Assembly (NCBI GenBank): GCA_023231475.1 | Contig: JALJEE010001698.1 | Span: forward strand, 1 to 53,584 | DNA: 53,584 nucleotides | Reading direction: 5' to 3' | Source: Seison nebaliae | Taxonomy: Eukaryota | Shown here: piece after piece, positions 45,731 through 53,584 of the stretch | How positions within the stretch are numbered: position 1 is the stretch's first letter | Layout of the letters: each line of letters begins with the position of its first letter | Notes under the pieces: model-generated | What the model was told of the DNA's origin: nothing | Database searches by the model: none | The model's input: only the letters and a program-made list of their open reading frames with translations | Program-made: the position numbers and the translations under genes

Positions 45731-47078
45731 TCTCTATTAAATTTCTTCTCTCACATTGACAAGAGAATAACAGCTAAAAAATTCAATTTATTTCCTCTCC
45801 TAACACTCGATCTCAACGACTGTCAAACAATCGTCTCTTTAATGATTTTGTAAAGATAATTCCAAATAATTCTTCATAAAGATTGATTTCATTGAAAAAT
45901 GATGTTCAGGTTACTTAAATCTTTCAATTTTCTTTCAAATGAGATATAAACAAACAAGCAACGTAGAAATTTTTTTATCAAAGCAAATTTCTTCTCATTT
46001 TATACAAAGAATCTCTCCTAAAGAATGACATAGCAAAAAATTTTCATAAATTTCTTACGCAACACAACATAAAATTTTTATCGCTTTATTTTATTTTTAA
46101 GGAAATTAACAAATAATTTTCCACTTACAATAATCGAAGTAAGAAATTTGAATTTGTAAGGACATAAATATGATTTGAATGACATTCAACTATTTGAATG
46201 CTCGATAAAATTGGAATCGGAAATATGAAATAATTGAAAAATATAAGAAAAATATTTTCTTGTTTCCATAAATAAGCAGAAAATGTAAGATGTTTATATC
46301 AGATATTGTAAGAATACAATAAATTTCACGAATGTACTCATCAGTCAATGAATCAGTGTGTTTGATTCCTAGAATCATTTCAATGAAACGATTGAATATC
46401 AATGGAATAGTTGATGTGAGTTGAACATGATAATTGCATAGGAGAGACTATGACACAAATCTTTCGATATATAATACGCATTAATAATAAGTTTTATTAT
46501 GATGAGTGATTTGAGTATTCGTTCTAGTTGTTATGATTCATTTGGAAGTAAAAATGCCTTTATGCTTTATGAGTTATTAAGTGGAATTTGAATAATTTCG
46601 AATAATCATTCAATACATTCTTACTGAATAATCTTCATTATTCTTCGATACTTCGATAACATTTTAACCATTTAAATATTTGACGAAACCACAAAAAACT
46701 CTTAAAACGTCCGAAATAGTCAACAAATAATTGTCGATTATTTCGAATTCGACAGAAAACATGAATCGATACTGTTGGGGGGAGTTGATGGAAATGAAAA
46801 GTTTCGAACATAATGAAAATGATCCAAATTGCCACAACTAATTTTAAAAGAAAACTTTAGAAAGATTTCGATAAAGTAGAGTATTATTATAGTAGAATTA
46901 TTAGTTATTATTATATTATTTGCTTTATTTTTTTTAAGAAGAGATAGGGAATATAGGCGTATGGAATATAGATATGGAATTGATGGAAATGGAGATAAAG
47001 ATGAAGAGATTAAAAGAGAAGAAGAGTAAACGCATATAATGAAATAGAAATATTGAAGAAATAATTGGGAAGGAAAAA

Positions 47079-48668
47079 ATGAAGAGCATGTTCAATATTT
47101 TGAATTTATCTTTAATCCTCAACATCATTTTATTATCATCAATCGAATGGAAATCATTGAGTATCCTTCTCCAATATCTCTCAATTAATAATGGAAATAC
47201 AGATATCTCAATAGTGAAAGTAAATCATTCATTTATAAAACATTATTTTGATAAGAATTATATTTATTTCTCTAATTCTGCCACATCATTACTTCATGAT
47301 TGTTCATTGAAAACGAATAAAATTGAAATATCGAAATTCAGTCGACTGTGTGAAAATCGACCAGTTTTAACGAATAAATTCGTTCCACATTTATTTAACG
47401 TTTTGGAGAAGATGTGGGAAAAGTATGCACCATCAAAGAATCATCAATTTGATTATGGATTCATCTCTCCAAATTTCCCTCATTCCATTTATTACGAATT
47501 ATTTTATAACAATCAACAGAACAATCGATTTGTGAAAGTGAAGATTGAAAGGAATATTGATCATTCTCATAATTTCATTTCATCTCAATCATTCGAGAAT
47601 GAGAATTATAAAATTAATGTTGTTTATCATATTCCATATGAATCGATCGATTATTGGGATATTCGATATCTTTCCTTAGAGAATAGTCTCGTCTCCAAAT
47701 TAAGAAAGAACTTAATGCAATGGAATCAATTTTCGGAAGAAATTTTAAAATCTTTCAATTTCATCTTTCTTCATGAACATTCTGGTGAGAATACGGATTT
47801 CGACGAGACGATTATTCATGATATTTATCAATATATCTTCAATGACATCGAATTGGAAAAAGATTTTCAATTGTTATTTCTCCAACATTCAAATAACATT
47901 TTAAATAATGTGAAAGAATTATTAAAAGAAATTGATTATTTCTCTCAAAAATCTTTTGGGAAATCAGTAATCTTTTATACGAAAACTTTAAATTTCCGTT
48001 TGAGAATTCCATTTATTAGGAAATTAAAGAAACTACTATCCTCCTCGTTCTCTCAGAAAGAACCGTCAATAATTTATCCAATTTCATTCCAACTTTATTC
48101 ACCCGATCTCAAACATATATGGCAATTGTTACATTCGACTGGTACAATCATCAAACATGAATTCCTTCATCGAATGCTCTACATTCAGAAATCGAAAGAA
48201 AGTACAGCGATCAAATCAGTTCCGAATCATGATTCAATTTTTATAAATTCGAATTCGAATAAGAAAGAAGAACTAGTTGTGAGTAGCGACAGTGGTAATT
48301 GGGCTGAATGGAAATTTGACGTAATGATATTTCAAGTAAATTCAAATGATTTAGAACCGATTCAACAAAGTCTACTCGTTAACGAGAACGTCATGATAGA
48401 TGAGACTGCAAAATTATTCTATGAATTAAAAGATTGTAATTGTGTCGACTTACAACGACTTGTCATTCCTGGATTCTTTCAAATTTATGAATTGGAAAAT
48501 TGTGAGAATATAATGGAGGAAAATCGAAGTGATTATAATAAACGATTATTCATCCAATGTCTTATCGAACAAACGTTATCGATAGGAAGTCATTGGATGT
48601 TAGGTACTGTCACTTTCAGATCCATTTTGGAGAGTGCTCTTACTGAAATTAATGAGAAATCTTTATAG
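47079..48668 (+). CDS. Divergent chondroitin synthase/CSGalNAcT/CHPF-family glycosyltransferase-like type II membrane protein
   Basis: N-terminal signal anchor; IIYPISFQLYSP, SGNW, RLVIPGFFQIYELENC and QCL...SIGS...LG resemble the CHGN C-terminal domain. Confidence 0.6.
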   Translation: MKSMFNILNLSLILNIILLSSIEWKSLSILLQYLSINNGNTDISIVKVNHSFIKHYFDKNYIYFSNSATSLLHDCSLKTNKIEISKFSRLCENRPVLTNKFVPHLFNVLEKMWEKYAPSKNHQFDYGFISPNFPHSIYYELFYNNQQNNRFVKVKIERNIDHSHNFISSQSFENENYKINVVYHIPYESIDYWDIRYLSLENSLVSKLRKNLMQWNQFSEEILKSFNFIFLHEHSGENTDFDETIIHDIYQYIFNDIELEKDFQLLFLQHSNNILNNVKELLKEIDYFSQKSFGKSVIFYTKTLNFRLRIPFIRKLKKLLSSSFSQKEPSIIYPISFQLYSPDLKHIWQLLHSTGTIIKHEFLHRMLYIQKSKESTAIKSVPNHDSIFINSNSNKKEELVVSSDSGNWAEWKFDVMIFQVNSNDLEPIQQSLLVNENVMIDETAKLFYELKDCNCVDLQRLVIPGFFQIYELENCENIMEENRSDYNKRLFIQCLIEQTLSIGSHWMLGTVTFRSILESALTEINEKSL

Positions 48669-49066
48669 TTATCCAATAAATTTTCTGTCGCGAAAAATAT
48701 TTTTTAGAAAATTTTCAAATATCTTTATAGTTGTCCAATTTATTTATGGATTATCATATGAATTAAATGGAAGAGATTTGGTTGATAAATAAATTTTACA
48801 TTCATTAATGTTACTACAAGTATGTCAGTTTAATTGAATAATAGTAACAGTAAATAAAAATTTTCTTAATATTTCTCAAAATATTATTTTGATTTTTCGA
48901 TTATCAAGTTGAGGAATGATATATTGAACCGAATTAAATAAAGTCCAGTAATTCTTTTAGGAGAATAATTTAGAAGGAAACAAAATTGTTTAGAATGAAG
49001 TAGGAACTGGTGGAAATTAAGAAGAAATTAGAATAAAAAGCTTCGGATTTTCTTCTTAAATCAGAA

Positions 49067-50227
49067 ATGATTTTCGCTTTTAATTATTGTCTGTGCTATT
49101 TCTTCATTATTCCTTTATTACTCCTTTTCTGCTATTTATTTTCACATTTTATTCTTGAACTTCTCTCAAATATTTGTCGACCTTATCGGAAGAATTATAT
49201 ATGTAGTCATGCTGCATCGGAATGGAGGAGAATTCTGAGTGATTGTCCAGTAGCCATTAATGGTTATTGTCCTCCAAAATGGATGACAAATTCATATATA
49301 AATGCATTAGCTGGTCTATTGTGGCGAGGAGGGAAGAAATTGGATTTGAAAAGAAATTTCATAAGTCTTCCTGACGGTGGAATGTTGGGTTTGGATGAAG
49401 TGAATAATAATCATTGTTCAAAAGTGTCGATATGTCTCTTCCTTCCCGGATTGACTGGTGATAGTAATGCTGTATATATTGAACATTTGGCATGTGAATT
49501 ATCGATGAAACATCGGATATTCATCATGAATTATCGAGGAGTAAATTGTGAACTAAAAACGGAAATTGTCTTCTCCGCAACTTACACTGACGATTTACAT
49601 CATGTTGTCAGATGGATCAGATGTGAATATCCGTCGACGGAACGATTTTATGTCATTGGCAATTCATTAGGTGGATTAGTGTTAAGTCATTATGTATCGA
49701 AGACATGTTCATTTATCGATGTTGCATTCATTCTGTCAACTCCATTCGATTTGAATGAAATGGATCGATCACTCTCATATACCATCAATCATTATTTCTT
49801 CGTACGTCCTCTTATGAAAACGTTAAAAGCATTCATTAATCGATATTACAATTCTTTCTTCCGTCATCTCATTTCTCGTTATCAATTGAACAAATGTAAA
49901 ACATTTAAAGAATTGAACGAAAAATTTACTGCTCCTCTATTCGGTTACGAGAACTATAGAGATTATTGTGCAGATGCATTATTAAGAGGGAAGTTGACAC
50001 ATATTATGTGTCCCACTTTATTCATCAATTCGAATGATGATATCTTTTCTCCTCTTCAATCTATCCCTTTACAAGAAATCGAGAAGAATATTAATATTTC
50101 TCTTATACTCACGGAAGGAGGTGGTCACTCGTCTTTCATTCAACGAAACAGTGAATTATCTTATGCTGAATCGATTGTATTGGAAGTGATTAGATTGATG
50201 GAGAAATTCAAATATTTCTCCAAATGA
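49067..50227 (+). CDS. ABHD1/2/3-family alpha/beta hydrolase
   Basis: LPDGG.LGLD, LPGLTGDS..VY, NYRG, nucleophile elbow GNSLGG, PTLFINSNDD, TEGGGH. Confidence 0.9.
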   Translation: MIFAFNYCLCYFFIIPLLLLFCYLFSHFILELLSNICRPYRKNYICSHAASEWRRILSDCPVAINGYCPPKWMTNSYINALAGLLWRGGKKLDLKRNFISLPDGGMLGLDEVNNNHCSKVSICLFLPGLTGDSNAVYIEHLACELSMKHRIFIMNYRGVNCELKTEIVFSATYTDDLHHVVRWIRCEYPSTERFYVIGNSLGGLVLSHYVSKTCSFIDVAFILSTPFDLNEMDRSLSYTINHYFFVRPLMKTLKAFINRYYNSFFRHLISRYQLNKCKTFKELNEKFTAPLFGYENYRDYCADALLRGKLTHIMCPTLFINSNDDIFSPLQSIPLQEIEKNINISLILTEGGGHSSFIQRNSELSYAESIVLEVIRLMEKFKYFSK

Positions 50228-50285
50228 ATTCCATATTATACTCTATAAATTTCATATCTCTCTCCCTCCATCACCACAGAAAGTT

Positions 50286-50664
50286 ATGTCGAGTCGCGTA
50301 TTAAATAAGTTGGAAGCAGCCGCTGCTAGATGGACAGTCAGGAAGAAGTTGAAGACTCAATATCAAAAGATGGTCACATCTCCATATCGTGGAGTGAAAG
50401 GCGATTATATTTTCGATCCGGCCGTACAACGTCATTATTCGATGCAATATACTTATCCCGAATTCGTTCGAATGAAACCAAAAAACTTTTTCCTCTACAT
50501 GTCACTACTTTTCGGATTACCGACGTTCGCCAGTTACGTCACCAATTGGGAACATGTTCTATTTTATTTATTTTTTTAAATATCCTTTATTTCTCATATA
50601 GGAAAGTCGAATGGAGAAAATGCGTGATGGAACAGTTCCATATTATGCGAGACATGCAACTTAA
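50286..50664 (+). CDS. NDUFB4: NADH dehydrogenase 1 beta subcomplex subunit 4 (B15), 2 exons
   Basis: RKKLK.QY....SPYR...YIFDPAVQR, one TM segment; a GTT-AG intron after WEH leads to ESRMEKMRDGTVPYYARHAT*. Confidence 0.85.
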
Positions 50665-50803
50665 CTTTCATGGAAATATATCAGATTCAATTTTATTCTA
50701 GATTTTATTATCATTTAGTTCAATTGTAAGAATGATTTATCATAAAAATATTTTCTTGACTACAAAAAGATAAATAATGAATATTTTTGAATGAATGGAT
50801 ATT

Positions 50804-51430
50804 TTACTTCGTTTTCTCTTCGTCGTTCCCAAAACTCTTTGCATATTCTTCTGGTTTCGTCATTCTAATAATAATTCGTTGAAATAATTTACGTGAGAAG
50901 AATTGTATGAATGATAATAAACCTCCAATGAATATAACGAGTACCTTGTGTGCATTGAGCTATTTCGTTAGCTATATGACAGGCTAATAACAAATTATTT
51001 CTGGGTTGTACCTTGACGGCAAATCTGGCAAATAATAGAGAATAGAAACAAAGTGCTAGAAATGGAGTGTAAAATGGGGAGGCGTCCATCTAAACCAAGA
51101 GTCATTCGAGGAGATATCATTGAAGCATCTTTCTTTAAATCCGCGAACGCAGCTATCGGAATTCCCCAATTGGCAACTGAAATGATGAAATTTTAATATG
51201 AAATGATAAACATGAAAGAATAACCAGGTCCCCAGAAATGCTGATGATTTAATTTGATGAAAAGAAGAAAATTGGAGAATGATATTAAATATAATATAAA
51301 AATAACTGTACTATAAAGAAAAGAGGAATAAAGAGAAAGAAATTGATCTGTAAAGGAACCTTAAGAAATAATCTCTTGTTTCTTTTTTCTTGAGGGAAAG
51401 AGCAAGATTCTTTATAATAGCTGATGCCAT
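50804..51430 (-). CDS. MPC1: Mitochondrial pyruvate carrier 1, 6 exons including a 4-nt (51310-51307) and a 16-nt (51240-51225) exon
   Basis: Spliced product [29 protein letters not shown]...[33 protein letters not shown]. Confidence 0.92.
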
Positions 51431-51543
51431 TCTACAAAATGATAATCTAAAGATTAAAAATAATTTATTAGACGATCGATAATGGATTAGTTGAGAATGA
51501 AAGAAAGAAATCCGAAATAATTATAATCCACTTTCAAATTAGT

Positions 51544-52299
51544 TCAATGTCGAAACGCATAAAGTAGGAGGAGTATAGTACAAAAAGAAATGATAGAAGC
51601 TATAATAATTGCATCGCGTCGTTTACGGAAGTTGATGTTTCTCGTCAATTTATTTATGATTGGGAATTGTTGAGCTGTCGACATAAGATTTTGGAATGTG
51701 GCACTCAATATCGATTTTTGATGAGCCAAATTCTCTTTTAACGCTTTCGCCACATTAATTTGTTGTTCAATCATCGTCACCGAATTATTTATAGAATTAT
51801 CTTCCTTTAACAATAGGTCGTTTCGACGACTCAAACCAGCTGATGGATCAATCACTGAATCACCAAGTAGATTTAATCGATCCAGATGCGAATGAACATT
51901 ATTTTTTGTTTTATTAAACTCCATTTGATAGTCGTAAATTATTTCATGATGACGTCGAATGGTGTCACCATATACATTCGTTGGAGTATCTTCAAAATGA
52001 TTTCTGTTGTCTGTCATCATTTCATCCATCTCATCGATCAATCTCTGTAATTGTTTCAATAACTGCTCTAATTGATTTGTTAAGCAACCGAATTTCTCTT
52101 TATTCGCTTCGTTACTCTTGGAGATTATGGCTCCACTAAATTTATCGACATATTGATGACCATCATCCTGAGAGACATTGTTGGCAACTCGCGCATAAGC
52201 AACGAGTATCTTATCGATTTCTTTTTCTACTGAATTTGCATTTCGTTGGACATCGTCCCAATTATTGTTAGTTAACGTTTTCCTTTTCATTCTGTCCAT
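51544..52299 (-). CDS. GOSR1: Golgi SNAP receptor complex member 1 (Gos28), intronless
   Basis: WDDVQRNA..VEKEID..L, RHHEI..DY..EF.KTK.N, FP.IN.L...I..RKRRDAII plus C-terminal TM. Confidence 0.9.
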   Translation of the reverse strand: MDRMKRKTLTNNNWDDVQRNANSVEKEIDKILVAYARVANNVSQDDGHQYVDKFSGAIISKSNEANKEKFGCLTNQLEQLLKQLQRLIDEMDEMMTDNRNHFEDTPTNVYGDTIRRHHEIIYDYQMEFNKTKNNVHSHLDRLNLLGDSVIDPSAGLSRRNDLLLKEDNSINNSVTMIEQQINVAKALKENLAHQKSILSATFQNLMSTAQQFPIINKLTRNINFRKRRDAIIIASIISFCTILLLLYAFRH

Positions 52300-52489
52300 A
52301 CGATTCGAAGAACATTTAAAAGAAACTTTCAAAAATATTCATATATTAATCGTCAGTAAAAATCATCAAAACTTTTCATTTAAAATTATTATCTTTTAAA
52401 TTTTATTTTTTAACAAATTGGATTATTGGAGATTGGAAAACAAATTTGAGAAATAAAAGCTTTTCTCTCCATAAGCTTTCATTCCATTA

Positions 52490-52518
52490 ATATAGAATCT
52501 ATAATATAGATTCTATAT
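52490..52518. repeat. Perfect 14-bp inverted repeat with 1-nt spacer
   Basis: atatagaatctata-a-tatagattctatat. Confidence 0.9.
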
Positions 52519-52900
52519 AGAACTAAATGACAACCAATGGGAGGAGTTAGATAAACAATCAACCTGATATGACGTGTTCAGAAGAAACATTTTTAGAATA
52601 AAAATTTAGATTTGTGAGAGCGTGAAGAAATAATAATCTCGGGGATCCAACGATGATTTGGTGTTAAATGATGTTAACCCCTATCTAATAATAAAACTAT
52701 AAATTTAAATTATCTAAATATATCTTGATTTTAATAATAATTAATTAATATTATCTTCTTAAATGGAAAGATGGACTAATAATGGAACCTCCATCATTAG
52801 AATCCCGAAGAATATTTAAAACATATCCCAGGGGGACCAAGAAAATTTAAATTGGATTTATCGAGAATAAATCTTAATATATCCAGAATAAATTTCGATA

Positions 52901-53117
52901 TATTCGAAATTTGGATAAAACTAAATTTATTCAAATTAAAACGGGATATATCCAAAAAAAATCGTTAATTATTTCATATTTATTTCGATTTATCGATAAT
53001 GTTCGAAAGTATTCGAAATTTTGATAAAACTAAATTTATTCAAATTAAAACGGGATATATCCAAAAAAATCGTTAATTATTTCATATTTATTTCGATTTA
53101 TCGATAATGTTCGAAAG
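52901..53117. repeat. Near-identical direct tandem duplication, about 109-bp unit (52901-53009, 53010-53117)
   Basis: Both copies run tattcgaaattt...acgggatatatcc...gttcgaaag and differ by one substitution and one A in a homopolymer. Confidence 0.92.
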
Positions 53118-53335
53118 TTTGATATAACGTTAACAACACCAATAATAATTTCTACTATGACAACAATGTTGAGTAATTCTTTATTCATAAATCGCTCTAC
53201 CAATAATTTCGGATTATGTCGGTAATGTTTGATAAAATATGTTAATGTCGATGCATTGCTCATTAGCTATTGATGATCTATTAGCTTTGATTCTTTTTTG
53301 AATTTTTCAAAATGAATAACATGGATTTGTTAAAA

Positions 53336-53584
53336 ATGACTTTATCAGCAGCGAATATGCGAAATTTTTCGCGTCGTCGTTCTCAGCAGGTAAATAGAGA
53401 AGCGATAACAGAAGAGTTGATAATCGACGACACAGAATCAACAATCAATGACACAGAATCGAATATTTTACTTGACGAAGAGATTTTTCCACATTCTGAA
53501 GAACATGGCAATGCAACGAAGGAAAGTTTTTTCGATAAATCTGATGATCCAGATGAGAATCTAATTAAAGTTTTATCATATATC
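53336..53584 (+). CDS. 5' part of an unknown ORF running off the window
   Basis: MTLSAANMRNFSRRRSQQVNREAITEELIIDD... open for 83 codons to the edge; no recognisable domain. Confidence 0.4.
   Translation, partial: MTLSAANMRNFSRRRSQQVNREAITEELIIDDTESTINDTESNILLDEEIFPHSEEHGNATKESFFDKSDDPDENLIKVLSYI

Noticed and set aside
52901..53117. Repeat as a CRISPR-like array
   Set aside because: Two adjacent copies without spacers, in eukaryotic DNA.

Overview
AT-rich, gene-dense animal nuclear DNA read with the standard code; no prokaryotic features. Gene content and very short introns suggest a compact invertebrate genome (possibly a rotifer/syndermatan, inference only). The window opens with the 3' end of a non-LTR retrotransposon, then CEP41, a class-V PLP cysteine-desulfurase-like gene, a coiled-coil/FN3 gene, a large secreted sushi protein, an Ajuba/WTIP/LIMD1 LIM gene, an APEX1/Rrp1-like AP endonuclease, F-spondin, a SUEL-lectin-like membrane protein, an ABCC/MRP1 transporter, and a tight cluster (chondroitin-synthase-like, ABHD1-3-like, NDUFB4, MPC1, GOSR1). 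The main signal is in splicing. Of 37 coding-region introns I reconstructed by hand, 34 start GTT instead of the usual GTR. The three GTA donors all sit at apparent alternative-splicing events: mutually exclusive exon pairs in F-spondin and MRP1, and a secreted versus putative GPI-anchored terminal-exon switch in F-spondin. Acceptor-like sites just before start codons and 58-113 nt intergenic gaps hint at SL trans-splicing and operons. All gene models come from manual reading and lack transcript support.
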